In this document: piece by piece, positions 8,435-17,701 of the stretch | Position numbering within the stretch: the first letter of the stretch is position 1 | How the letters are laid out: the number at the start of each line of letters is the position of its first letter | Assembly (NCBI GenBank): GCA_965267575.1 | Contig: OZ254086.1 | Location: forward strand, 576,001 to 640,000 | DNA: 64,000 bases | From: Calditrichales bacterium | Lineage (GTDB): Bacteria > Calditrichota > Calditrichia > Calditrichales > J004 | Reading direction: 5' to 3' | Notes under the pieces: model-generated | The model's input: the letters and a program-made list of their open reading frames with translations, nothing else | Database searches by the model: none | Told to the model about the DNA's origin: nothing | Position numbers and translations under genes: made by a program

Positions 8435-8794
8435 ATGAAAAAAGAACAGATTGACGAGGTTTTACGCGAGATGATCGCGGACTACAGTCAAAAAGCCTTG
8501 GCTTACATGCTGCACTTCGAGACCGGTGAACGGCGACTGGAGCAGGATAAGCGCAAAGAATTGCAGGAAAAATACGGCAAAGAAGCATTTAGCCCGGTGC
8601 TGGACTGGAGCGGGCATTTTGGTGAACTGGCCGATTCCGATATTCTGGATGAGCGCATTAATGCCCTGCTGCAAAATGAAGGCTATGACAAGGAAGAGTT
8701 TGTCATTCCGCGCGACCGCCTTAAAAATAAGCTTTGGAACGAAGCGCGCCGCCAGGCCCATGACATTCTAAATCAAATACAAAAGGAACAATGA
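8435..8794 (+). CDS. Hypothetical protein (about 119 aa)
   Basis: Charged, helical-looking ORF (MKKEQIDEVL...) whose stop overlaps the next start (ATGA 8791-8794). Start uncertain (8393 or 8435). Confidence 0.7.
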   Translation: MKKEQIDEVLREMIADYSQKALAYMLHFETGERRLEQDKRKELQEKYGKEAFSPVLDWSGHFGELADSDILDERINALLQNEGYDKEEFVIPRDRLKNKLWNEARRQAHDILNQIQKEQ

Positions 8795-10233
8795 GCGATA
8801 AAACAGAAAAACAACTTGCTGAACTATTTAAAACCTGGAGCGGCAAAGAAGCGGCAAAGATAGAACGCATGCCGGCGCACGGATCGGACCGTAAATATTT
8901 TCGCATTCATGGCCCGGGCAAAACCAGCGCCATTGGCGTGCACAACCGTGATTACAAGGAAAACGTCGCCTTTCTCTCCTTCTCCAAGCATTTCCGCAAC
9001 AACGGCCTTAACGTGCCGGAGATATACGCCCAGGAGCTGGACAAAAATATCTATCTTGAACAAGACCTGGGTGATGAGACGCTTTTTTCCTTCCTGACCG
9101 CAGAGCGGGAAAAAGAGAATACGTTCAACGATCGGATTGTCGCCCAATATAAAAAAGTGGTGCGCGACCTGCCCCGTTTCCAGGTGGAGGCCGGTAAGGA
9201 TATCGATTACAGCGTCTGCTACCCGCGGCACAGCTTTGACCGGCAATCAATGATGTGGGATCTGAACTATTTCAAATATTACTTTCTCAAGCTCGCTAAA
9301 ATCCCTTTTGATGAACAGCACCTGGAGGATGATTTCCGCACTTTTACCGATTTCCTCCTGGAAAGTCCGCGCGACTATTTTCTCTACCGCGATTTCCAGA
9401 GCCGCAATGTTATGATTCACGACAACGATGTCTGGTTCATTGATTACCAGGGCGGGCGCAAAGGCGCGCTGCAATACGACCTGGCTTCACTGCTCTACGA
9501 CGCCAAGGCCGACATCCCGGCCAAGGTGCGCCAGATGCTGCTCGAAGAATACCTGGATGTGCTCTCGCAACATATCTCCGTGGACCGTGACCGCTTTCTG
9601 CAATTCTTCCAGGGCTTTGTGCTTATCCGCATTATGCAGGCGCTGGGCGCATACGGCTTCCGCGGTTTTTACGAACGCAAATCCCATTTCCTGAAAAGCG
9701 TGCCCTACGCCATCCAGAACCTGGAGCAGCTGCTGCACAACATCCAGTTGCCCATTGAAATACCCGCCCTGATCGAAGCGTGGAACGGCCTGGTGCGCTC
9801 CAGCTTTCTGCGCCAGCTCAGCGACCAGCAGCTGCGCATGACGGTGCGTATCCAGAGCTTCTCCTACAAGCGCGGCATTCCCTGGGACGAAAAAGGCCAC
9901 GGCGGCGGCTTTGTGTTCGATTGCCGCTCGCTCCCCAATCCCGGCCGCGAAGAAAAATATATGGACATGACCGGGCTCGACGCGCCGGTTATTGAATACC
10001 TTGAGAAAGAGCCCTCAGTAGATCAATTCCTTGAAAATATTTTTAGTCTTGTAGACGGCGCTGTAGAAAATTACCGCAAACGCAATTTCACGGATCTGAT
10101 GATCGCCTTTGGCTGCACCGGCGGCCAGCACCGCTCCGTTTATTGCGCCAGCCGCCTGGCCCAGCATCTCAACGACAAATACGACATAGATGTGCAGCTG
10201 CGTCACCGTGAGCAGGAAATGCGCCAGCCATGA
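8791..10233 (+). CDS. AmgK-like (APH-family) sugar kinase fused to a C-terminal RapZ-like domain
   Basis: GSDRKYFR, YLEQDLGD, YRDFQSRNVM, IDYQG, YDLASLL kinase motifs; C-terminal SFSYKRGIP..FVFDCRSLPNP..GCTGGQHRSV RapZ-CTD motifs. Confidence 0.85.
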   Translation: MSDKTEKQLAELFKTWSGKEAAKIERMPAHGSDRKYFRIHGPGKTSAIGVHNRDYKENVAFLSFSKHFRNNGLNVPEIYAQELDKNIYLEQDLGDETLFSFLTAEREKENTFNDRIVAQYKKVVRDLPRFQVEAGKDIDYSVCYPRHSFDRQSMMWDLNYFKYYFLKLAKIPFDEQHLEDDFRTFTDFLLESPRDYFLYRDFQSRNVMIHDNDVWFIDYQGGRKGALQYDLASLLYDAKADIPAKVRQMLLEEYLDVLSQHISVDRDRFLQFFQGFVLIRIMQALGAYGFRGFYERKSHFLKSVPYAIQNLEQLLHNIQLPIEIPALIEAWNGLVRSSFLRQLSDQQLRMTVRIQSFSYKRGIPWDEKGHGGGFVFDCRSLPNPGREEKYMDMTGLDAPVIEYLEKEPSVDQFLENIFSLVDGAVENYRKRNFTDLMIAFGCTGGQHRSVYCASRLAQHLNDKYDIDVQLRHREQEMRQP

Positions 10234-10991
10234 AGGCAATGATCTTCGCGGCGGGCCTTGGTACCCGTTTGCGCCCGCTGACAAGCCATACCCCGAAAGC
10301 GCTGATTGAAGTACAAGGCCATCCCATGCTGGAATGGGTAATACGGAAACTGGCCGGTCACGGGGTTAGCGACATCATCATCAATACCCACCATTTCGCG
10401 GAGCAGATCGAAGCCTTTGTAAAAAGCCTACCGGACTCCTTTCCAGCTATCAGCTTGTCGCATGAGCCACAGCTTCTGGATACGGGCGGCGGTCTTAAAA
10501 AAGCGGCCTGGTTTTTTGATGACGGTAAGCCCTTCATTCTGCATAACAGCGACGTGCTTTCGGATATTGATCTTACACAAATGGTAGAGGAACATCGCAG
10601 ATCAGATGCAGTGATTTCCCTGGCCGTGAGAGAGCGGAAAACATCACGCTACCTTCTTTTTGATGAAGATAGCAGACTTTGCGGTCACCGGGACCTCAAC
10701 AAAGGAAAAACGATCTGGATAAACGATAGAGAAAAGCCAAAAGCCAATTCCCTTTCTTTTTGTGGGATCCATGTGATTACGCCGGCGGTCCTTAAGCAAT
10801 TACCGCCGGTTTCGACCTATCCCATATTGCCGGCCTACCTGGAGCTTGCCGAAGCCGGCCACCTGATCCGCGGCTACGATACATCCCCCTGCCGCTGGGT
10901 TGATCTGGGCAAAATTGAAAGCCTTAAAAAAGTTGAGGAAAGCCTTCCTGAAAGCTATTTTGAAGAGTTGCTGAAAAACCCCGCACTTTGA
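10230..10991 (+). CDS. Sugar-1-phosphate nucleotidyltransferase, MurU-like
   Basis: MKAMIFAAGLGTRLRPLT..PKAL, LLDTGGGLKKA and W.DLGK motifs; ATGA overlap with the AmgK-like gene. Confidence 0.88.
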   Translation: MKAMIFAAGLGTRLRPLTSHTPKALIEVQGHPMLEWVIRKLAGHGVSDIIINTHHFAEQIEAFVKSLPDSFPAISLSHEPQLLDTGGGLKKAAWFFDDGKPFILHNSDVLSDIDLTQMVEEHRRSDAVISLAVRERKTSRYLLFDEDSRLCGHRDLNKGKTIWINDREKPKANSLSFCGIHVITPAVLKQLPPVSTYPILPAYLELAEAGHLIRGYDTSPCRWVDLGKIESLKKVEESLPESYFEELLKNPAL

Positions 10992-11041
10992 CGATGCTCA
11001 CATACTTCAGGCGCGTATGATGGGTATAATGATTGTCAACA

Positions 11042-11482
11042 ATGAACTCACTATCTACTCAAGAAATCATGACCTCCAAGAAAAATGAGCGGCGTATGCT
11101 CAACCGGGTTGAATTGCCCGGAACGCAGGTGCGCTACAAGCTCTCAACCGGCCTTACGCTGATCAAAAACTTTTCCAATGCAGGTGAAGCCCTTAACGTT
11201 TCCAAGAGCGGCATTGCCTTTAAAGTTAAAGAGAAAGTTAAATTCGGCACGCCCGTGCAAATGAAGCTCAGCTTTCCCGATGGAAAGGATTTTAACCTCA
11301 AAGGGCGTATTCGCTGGCAAAACTCCAACACCAATAACGGCCGTTCCATAATTGGCGTGCAGTTCAATGCGTTCGGCCAAAAAAGCGACTACAATCCGCT
11401 CAGCGCACTGGAATATCTGCGGCAAATAAAAGAGCTCAGTCTCACCAAAACCCCCCGGAATGAATCCGACGAAGAGAACTAA
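11042..11482 (+). CDS. Stand-alone PilZ domain protein
   Basis: RxxxR (RRMLNR) and [D/N]xSxxG (NVSKSG) c-di-GMP motifs, G.IRW and GVQF strands. Start may be 11069. Confidence 0.8.
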   Translation: MNSLSTQEIMTSKKNERRMLNRVELPGTQVRYKLSTGLTLIKNFSNAGEALNVSKSGIAFKVKEKVKFGTPVQMKLSFPDGKDFNLKGRIRWQNSNTNNGRSIIGVQFNAFGQKSDYNPLSALEYLRQIKELSLTKTPRNESDEEN

Positions 11483-11496
11483 TCCTCTCCTGCCCC

Positions 11497-11525
11497 TTGT
11501 CGGGAATCAATTTAAATAGTATTCT
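11497..11525 (+). promoter_or_regulatory. Candidate sigma-70 promoter for the symporter
   Basis: TTGTCG-17 nt-TATTCT, 45 nt upstream of ATG 11571. Confidence 0.35.
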
Positions 11526-11570
11526 TGGCACCTACATACCCTATTCACTTACAATCATCAGGAAGATACT

Positions 11571-12866
11571 ATGAAGCTGAAGCTGCATTGGCAGATTATC
11601 ATTGGCATGATCCTGGGGCTTATTTATGGAGTTCTGGCTGCTTACATGGGTTGGGGCAAATTTACCAGCCATTGGATTGCTCCGTTCGGGACCATTTTTA
11701 TAAACCTGTTAAAGCTGATTGCCATACCGCTTATCCTCGGTTCGCTGGTGGCCGGTGTGGCCTCGCTTTCCGATATCCGCAAGCTGTCGCGCATTGGCGG
11801 CAAAACCATCGGCATTTACCTTATTACGACCACTATCTCCGTTACCATGGGGCTGGTATTTGTAAACGTGTTAATGCCCGGCAAAAACGTGCCGGTGGAG
11901 ATGCGCGAAAAGCTTCAGCAAACCTACGAAGAAGAAGCTACCTCAAAGGAGTTGACGGCCCTCGAAGTAAAGCAGCGCGGGCCCTTGCAGCCGCTGGTTG
12001 ATATGATTCCTGACAACGTGTTTGGCGCCGCCGGCAACAACCGCAACATGCTGCAGATCGTGTTCTTTGCCATATTTTTGGGTATCGGGATCGTGCTAAC
12101 CCCAGGCGAAAGGAGTACCGCTCTTCTGCGGGTTTTTGAAGGCCTCAATGATGTGGTGATTAAACTGGTGGACATTATCATGCTGATGGCGCCGGTGGGT
12201 GTTTTCGCGCTTATTGCCGACACAATCAACGTTATTGCCCGCGACAACATGAGCCAGGTAGTTGAATTGCTGGGAGCGCTGGGTTTTTACGGCGCCGTCG
12301 TCGTGGCCGGGCTGGGCTTTCAGACCATGTTTGTATATCCCAGTATTCTGAAATTATTCACTAAAATGAAATTAAGTGATTTTATTAAGGGTATTGCGCC
12401 GGCACAGCTTTTGGCTTTTTCCACCAGTTCCAGCGGGGCCACGCTGCCGGTAACCATGGAGCGCTGCGAAAAAAACCTTGGTGTTTCGGAAGAGGTGTCA
12501 TCATTTGTCTTGCCGCTTGGCGCCACCATCAATATGGACGGTACAGCGCTTTACCAGGCGGTGGCGGCGGTCTTTATCGCGCAGGTGTTGGGTTTGGGCC
12601 TTGATCTTGGCGCGCAGATTACCATCGTGCTGACGGCAGTGCTTGCTTCTATCGGTACGGCAGCCGTGCCGGGTGCCGGCATCATCATGCTGGTCATCAT
12701 CCTGGAATCTGTTAACGTGCCCAGCGCAGGCATCGCCTTAATTCTTGGTATCGATCGTATTCTTGACATGTGCCGCACGGTGACCAACGTAACAGGCGAC
12801 GCCACCGTAGCCATTACCGTTGCCGCGACGGAGGGCCAACTAGGAAGTCCCAATTTTGAAGACTAA
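11571..12866 (+). CDS. Dicarboxylate/amino acid:cation symporter (DAACS, GltP-like)
   Basis: AFSTSSSGATLP, LPLGATINMDGTALY, ASIGTAAVPG and IDRILDMCRTVTNVTGD motifs; many TM helices. Confidence 0.95.
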   Translation: MKLKLHWQIIIGMILGLIYGVLAAYMGWGKFTSHWIAPFGTIFINLLKLIAIPLILGSLVAGVASLSDIRKLSRIGGKTIGIYLITTTISVTMGLVFVNVLMPGKNVPVEMREKLQQTYEEEATSKELTALEVKQRGPLQPLVDMIPDNVFGAAGNNRNMLQIVFFAIFLGIGIVLTPGERSTALLRVFEGLNDVVIKLVDIIMLMAPVGVFALIADTINVIARDNMSQVVELLGALGFYGAVVVAGLGFQTMFVYPSILKLFTKMKLSDFIKGIAPAQLLAFSTSSSGATLPVTMERCEKNLGVSEEVSSFVLPLGATINMDGTALYQAVAAVFIAQVLGLGLDLGAQITIVLTAVLASIGTAAVPGAGIIMLVIILESVNVPSAGIALILGIDRILDMCRTVTNVTGDATVAITVAATEGQLGSPNFED

Positions 12867-12880
12867 ACAGAGGTGTAACC

Positions 12881-13465
12881 GTGGAAAAGCCGGTCTTTTT
12901 TGAATCGAAAGAAAAGCTGCGCCGCTGGTTTGAGAAAAACCATAAAACAGCAGAGGTGCTGTGGCTTGGTTATTACAAAAAAGACAGCGGCCTGCCCAGC
13001 ATCGACTGGCCGCAATCCGTGGAGCAAGCCCTATGCTTTGGCTGGATTGACGGCATCCGTAAATCGATTGACGAAAAGAGCTATAAAATACGCTTTACGC
13101 CACGACGGCCAAACAGCCACTGGAGCGCCGTAAACATAGAAATGGCCGAACGGCTGATAAAAGAAGACCAAATGGAGCCGGCCGGTTTGGCGGCTTTCAA
13201 AAAACGTTCCGAAAAGAACCAGAAAAAGGCTTCATACGAGCAGAAAGACATTCAGCTAGATAAAAAATATGAGGCGGAATTTAAGACACACCCGCAAGCC
13301 TGGCATTATTTCGTTAACGAACTTTCTCCATACAACCGCAAAACGTCCATCCATTGGGTGATGAGCGCCAAACGCGAGGAGACAAGGAAAAGACGCCTCA
13401 AAACACTAATCGATTCTTCCTCTAAAATGGAAAAAATCCCACCTCTACAGATTAGCAAGAAATAG
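12881..13465 (+). CDS. YdeI/OmpD-associated family protein
   Basis: LRRWFEKNH, ALCFGWIDG, FTPRRPNSHWS, SAKREETR.RRL. Confidence 0.88.
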   Translation: MEKPVFFESKEKLRRWFEKNHKTAEVLWLGYYKKDSGLPSIDWPQSVEQALCFGWIDGIRKSIDEKSYKIRFTPRRPNSHWSAVNIEMAERLIKEDQMEPAGLAAFKKRSEKNQKKASYEQKDIQLDKKYEAEFKTHPQAWHYFVNELSPYNRKTSIHWVMSAKREETRKRRLKTLIDSSSKMEKIPPLQISKK

Positions 13466-13567
13466 GGCCGGGTTTCACCTCGAAAACTAACTAAATCTAC
13501 ACAGCAATCACACCACGTTATTTGTTCATTTGTGAATATATGGCAAACGCCACATGAAGGAGAAACC

Positions 13568-14017
13568 ATGTTCAAACCAAAGAACGAAGTAAATAACAGC
13601 TTAAGCTTAAAAGCGCCCGTCGAAAAGGTATGGGAAGCTCTTACACAATCGGACAAAGTCGCTCAGTATATGTTTGGTTCAATGGTGCAAAGCAGCTGGG
13701 AAGCCGGTGCCCCAATCGAATATTATGTCGAAAAAGACGGCGAAAAGAAAGTAGTAGCCAAAGGCAAGATTGTAAAAATCGAGAAACCCAAAATTCTTGA
13801 ACACACGCTCTTCCCGGCGCAATCAAAAATCGATGATAAACCCGAAAACTACATCACGGTCGCCTATTCTCTGCAAGAGAATGATGAAGGGTGCACGCTG
13901 GAGATCAGTCAAAAAGGGTTTCTATCCGTGGAGGAAGGCGCTTCACGCTATCGTGAGACAAAGCATGGCTGGAAGATAGTTTTGCCAAAACTGAAGAAGC
14001 TGGTTGAAAACTCCTGA
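13568..14017 (+). CDS. SRPBCC/AHSA1-like domain protein
   Basis: APVEKVWEALT...YMFG...W..G; C-terminal GW..VL..LK.LVE; AAGGAG before ATG 13568. Confidence 0.85.
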   Translation: MFKPKNEVNNSLSLKAPVEKVWEALTQSDKVAQYMFGSMVQSSWEAGAPIEYYVEKDGEKKVVAKGKIVKIEKPKILEHTLFPAQSKIDDKPENYITVAYSLQENDEGCTLEISQKGFLSVEEGASRYRETKHGWKIVLPKLKKLVENS

Positions 14018-14029
14018 GCAACCGCATTT

Positions 14030-14887
14030 CTAATCAAAGACAACGGTCTTTTTATCCAGAGTTAATACGCGTTTTTCCAGATGCGCCTTAACCGCGCGTG
14101 CCAAAACCACCCTCTCCAGGTCGCGCCCTTTGCGGATCATGTCTTTTATGCTGTCGCGGTGGCTTACGCGGATTACGTCCTGCTCGATAATCGGGCCTTC
14201 GTCCAGCTCTTCCGTAACGTAATGGCTGGTGGCGCCAATTATTTTCACGCCACGTTGATAGGCCTGTTTGTAAGGGCTGGCACCGATAAACGCAGGCAGG
14301 AAAGAGTGATGGATGTTGATCACATTGCGCGGGTAGGCTGCCACAAAATCTTCCGATAAAATCTGCATATAGCGCGCCAGTATAATGGTGCTGATCTCGT
14401 TTTCCCGTAAGAGCGCTATCTCCTTTTTCTCCTGTTCCGCTTTGTACTGCTTATGTATGGGAAATACATGAAAAGGAATGTTGTAGAACTTTGCCAATGG
14501 TTCCAGATCGGGGTGGTTGGAAATGATCACAGCGATATCGCAAAACAGCTCGCCCGCCTTGTGGCGCCATAACAAATCCTGCAGACAATGGTCGTATTTA
14601 GAAACAAAAATGGCTACACGATCGCGCCGGTCGCTAAAGTGGATATTCCAGTCGGCTTTAAACTCTCTCGCCAACGGCGCAAAGGCATCGTTAAGGTCTT
14701 TACGTGAGATAGAAAAATTGTTCATCTCCCATTCCACGCGGATGGAAAAAAGCCCTTCGTCCACGGCCACATGTTCATCCAGATCGACGATGTTGCCGCC
14801 GCGCTCGAAGATGAAGTTGGAGATGCGGGACACCAACCCCGAACGGTCCGGGCAGGAAAGAAGCAGAACAGCCGTACTATTATCCAT
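14030..14887 (-). CDS. purU: Formyltetrahydrofolate deformylase
   Basis: N-terminal ACT domain (SCPDRSGLV), SKYDHCL, LARYMQILS, INIHHSFLPAF.GA.PY, GATSHYVT..LDEGPII. Confidence 0.96.
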   Translation of the reverse strand: MDNSTAVLLLSCPDRSGLVSRISNFIFERGGNIVDLDEHVAVDEGLFSIRVEWEMNNFSISRKDLNDAFAPLAREFKADWNIHFSDRRDRVAIFVSKYDHCLQDLLWRHKAGELFCDIAVIISNHPDLEPLAKFYNIPFHVFPIHKQYKAEQEKKEIALLRENEISTIILARYMQILSEDFVAAYPRNVINIHHSFLPAFIGASPYKQAYQRGVKIIGATSHYVTEELDEGPIIEQDVIRVSHRDSIKDMIRKGRDLERVVLARAVKAHLEKRVLTLDKKTVVFD

Positions 14888-14923
14888 TAAAGATCATCCT
14901 GTTTTTTTAAGGTCAGAACATAT

Positions 14924-14951
14924 AAAAAAAGTCCGCATTGCTGCGGACTTT
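14924..14951 (-). terminator. Intrinsic terminator after rocD
   Basis: 10-bp stem aaagtccgca/tgcggacttt (14928-14937/14942-14951), 4-nt loop, U-tract on the minus strand. Confidence 0.7.
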
Positions 14952-14984
14952 ATATCACAAAAGCGGACTTCAGATCCTGTGTGC

Positions 14985-16229
14985 TCAGGCATTTTCCAGA
15001 ACTTTTTTCACACGGTCAAAGGCCCAGTCGATTTCTTCCTTGCTGATCACCAGCGGCGGTGCAAGACGGATAACGTTTTCGTGTGTTTCTTTGCAGAGCA
15101 AGCCGTCTTTTTTCAGCGCTTCGCAAAAACGGCGCGCCTTTTCCTTCAGCTCAATACCGATGAAAAGTCCTTTACCGCGGATCTCTTTAATCACCGGTGA
15201 ATCGATCGTCTTAAGTTTATCCATCAGATATTGGCCATACTCCGCGGAACGTTCGGTCAATTTTTCATCCACCAGAACGGCGAGGGCTTCGCGGGCAACG
15301 GCGCAGGCCAGCGGATTGCCGCCGAAAGTGCTGCCATGCTGTCCGGGTTTAAAAACGCCCAAGACCTCTTTGCTGCCCACCACGGCGGAAACGGGGTAAA
15401 AACCACCCGAAAGCGCCTTTCCGATAATCAGCATATCGGGCTTTTTCATATCTTCGTGCTGGTAGGCGAACATTTTGCCGGTGCGTCCGAGACCGCTTTG
15501 AATTTCATCGGCGATGAACAGCATATTGTTTTGCTCACAAATCTCGCGCGTCGCCGCCAGGTAGCCGTCTCCGGGCATAAGGATGCCTCCTTCACCCTGG
15601 ATCGGTTCAAACAAAAAGGCAACTGTATTTTTGTTTATGGCGGCTTTAAACGCATCCATATCGCCAAAAGGCACAATGCGGAATCCGGGCGTAAAAGGAC
15701 CAAAACCTTCCTTGTAAGATGCCTCTGTACTGAAACCGACGATGGTCGTTGTCCTGCCATGGAAATTATTGCCGCAAACAATAATCTCGGCCTTTTCTTT
15801 TTCCACGCCTTTCACGGTATAGCCCCATTTGCGCGCGGCCTTAATGGCTGTTTCTACGGCTTCCGCACCGGAGTTCATCGGCAATACCAGGTCCTGATCA
15901 CACAACTCGGACAGTTGCTTGCAGAACAGGCCCAACTGATCGTTACGGAAGGCCCGCGACGTAAGCGTCACTTTTTGGGCTTGCTCGGTTAAAGCCTTGA
16001 GAATGCGCGGATGGCAGTGCCCCTGGTTCACCGCGGAATAGGCACTGAGAAAGTCCATATATTTGTTGCCTTCAACGTCATGGACCCACACGCCGCGGGC
16101 TTTTTCAATCACAATATCCAGCGGATGGTAGTTGTGTGTACCGAATGTGTCTTCAAGAGCGATGAAGTCCTGAGTTGTTTTCAGAGTCTTAACTTCTTTT
16201 TCAGCTAATGCTTCATGCACTGCGCTCAT
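14985..16229 (-). CDS. rocD: Ornithine--oxo-acid aminotransferase
   Basis: [78 protein letters not shown]. Confidence 0.95.
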   Translation of the reverse strand: MSAVHEALAEKEVKTLKTTQDFIALEDTFGTHNYHPLDIVIEKARGVWVHDVEGNKYMDFLSAYSAVNQGHCHPRILKALTEQAQKVTLTSRAFRNDQLGLFCKQLSELCDQDLVLPMNSGAEAVETAIKAARKWGYTVKGVEKEKAEIIVCGNNFHGRTTTIVGFSTEASYKEGFGPFTPGFRIVPFGDMDAFKAAINKNTVAFLFEPIQGEGGILMPGDGYLAATREICEQNNMLFIADEIQSGLGRTGKMFAYQHEDMKKPDMLIIGKALSGGFYPVSAVVGSKEVLGVFKPGQHGSTFGGNPLACAVAREALAVLVDEKLTERSAEYGQYLMDKLKTIDSPVIKEIRGKGLFIGIELKEKARRFCEALKKDGLLCKETHENVIRLAPPLVISKEEIDWAFDRVKKVLENA

Positions 16230-16264
16230 ATTTCTCTCCTTAGATTAAGAGTAATCTGTTTAAT

Positions 16265-16987
16265 TTATTTTGGATTTGATGGCCGGATGTCGATTTCACT
16301 TACCATGGCATTTTGCGGCAACTCGATCATATGAATTACGCTCATGGCGACATCCTGCGCGATTAACACTTTTTTTCTGTTTTTTGGTTCAAAACTTTTT
16401 GCCGGCCCGTCAAAAAACGAGGTATCCACGGAACCGGGACAAATAGCAAGTACGCGCACACCGTATTCGCGTTCCTCCAGCATCAGGCTGCGGCTAAAAC
16501 CCATTACGGCATGCTTGCTGGCAACATAACCCGCCGCCTTTGGTATCGCGTTTTTGCCTGCCAGAGAAGCCACATTAACAATTACCGATTCACCCACCGC
16601 CCGCAGATGCGGTATGGCTTCACGCGTGGCAATAAACAATCCGCGCACATTGAGATTAAACATGGCGTCCCAGTCTTCCGTTTCCAGCTCGGCGACGGGC
16701 TTAAAGATACCGATGCCGGCATTATTGACCAGAATATCAATTCGGCCGAGACTTTTTGCGGATTCGGAAATAAATTTTTTGATCTCTTTTTCATCACTCA
16801 TATCGCCGCTGTAGGCAAATGCGCGTACCCCCATTTGTTGGATCGCCTCCTCGACCTCGCGCAAATCATCCTTGCCACGTGCGGAAATTGCCAGGTGCGC
16901 GCCACGCTCCGCCAGCGCAAGGGCAATAGCCCGACCAATACCCTTACTTGCTCCCGTAACGACTGCAACTTTGTCTTTAATCAGCAT
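16265..16987 (-). CDS. Short-chain dehydrogenase/reductase
   Basis: TGASKGIG, NNAGIG and YVASK motifs; likely start ATG 16987. Confidence 0.92.
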   Translation of the reverse strand: MLIKDKVAVVTGASKGIGRAIALALAERGAHLAISARGKDDLREVEEAIQQMGVRAFAYSGDMSDEKEIKKFISESAKSLGRIDILVNNAGIGIFKPVAELETEDWDAMFNLNVRGLFIATREAIPHLRAVGESVIVNVASLAGKNAIPKAAGYVASKHAVMGFSRSLMLEEREYGVRVLAICPGSVDTSFFDGPAKSFEPKNRKKVLIAQDVAMSVIHMIELPQNAMVSEIDIRPSNPK

Positions 16988-17071
16988 AATTTCCCCATTC
17001 ATACGTTTCAGCAATCAGACTGCTAAAGCTAAGGTCATAAAAATGTAAAAACAACACCGCGAAGTGTTTCA

Positions 17072-17653
17072 TTACAGCGCTTTTGCAGGCTTGACAATCC
17101 CGCCCGAAACAGCCCACTTCAGACCCTCTTCGACGCTGATCTTAAGGGCGACCGTTTTGTTCTCCGGGGCAATAATAAATATCCCGGAGGAGGGGTTTAA
17201 GGACAGAAAAATCAATATGTTAAGATGCTTCTCATCGCTGCCGGGAATACGGGTATCCCCGTTTACAAACCCAAGCGTCCAGATCCCGGGAGAAGGGTAC
17301 TCAACAAGCACCACGCGTTTAAACGATTGCTTGTCGCTTTGTGAAAATGTTTCCAGAATTTGTTTTACAGCGGAGTAAACCACCTTGGCCACCGGCAGAC
17401 GGTAAATGAACTGTTCAAACAAATTGTAAATCCGCCGGAAAAGAATATTGCGCGCCAGAACACCCACCACCCAAATGGCCAGAAGCGTCAGAATAATGCC
17501 CAATCCGGGCGGCCAGAATCCCAGGCGTGGTTCAACAAAGGGCCGGGCGATATTATCCAACCCAAGAAACAGGGCGCGCACAACCAGAAATGTAATCACA
17601 AGCGGAATAACCACAATCAGACCGGAAAGGAAATGTCGCCTTATATGCATCAT
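17072..17653 (-). CDS. DUF502 family membrane protein
   Basis: FLSGLIVVIPL.IT, LPVAKVVYSAVKQI, VVLVEYP..G.W.LGF, NPSSG, SVEEGLK..VSGG. Confidence 0.9.
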   Translation of the reverse strand: MMHIRRHFLSGLIVVIPLVITFLVVRALFLGLDNIARPFVEPRLGFWPPGLGIILTLLAIWVVGVLARNILFRRIYNLFEQFIYRLPVAKVVYSAVKQILETFSQSDKQSFKRVVLVEYPSPGIWTLGFVNGDTRIPGSDEKHLNILIFLSLNPSSGIFIIAPENKTVALKISVEEGLKWAVSGGIVKPAKAL

Positions 17654-17664
17654 ATTTTTTCTCC

Positions 17665-17693
17665 AAAAAAAAGCCCCGGCGGGTTGCCGGGGC
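17665..17693 (-). terminator. Intrinsic terminator after the LVIVD/Ig gene
   Basis: gccccggc/gccggggc stem (17673-17680/17686-17693) followed by 8 U on the minus strand. Confidence 0.85.
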
Positions 17694-17701
17694 CTGTTAG
17701 T

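Noticed and set aside
14924..14970. Third copy of gcggactt beside the rocD terminator as an antiterminator for purU
   Set aside because: On the transcript it duplicates the 5' arm and can only form a weaker version of the same stem; no riboswitch (e.g. ZTP) signature seen.
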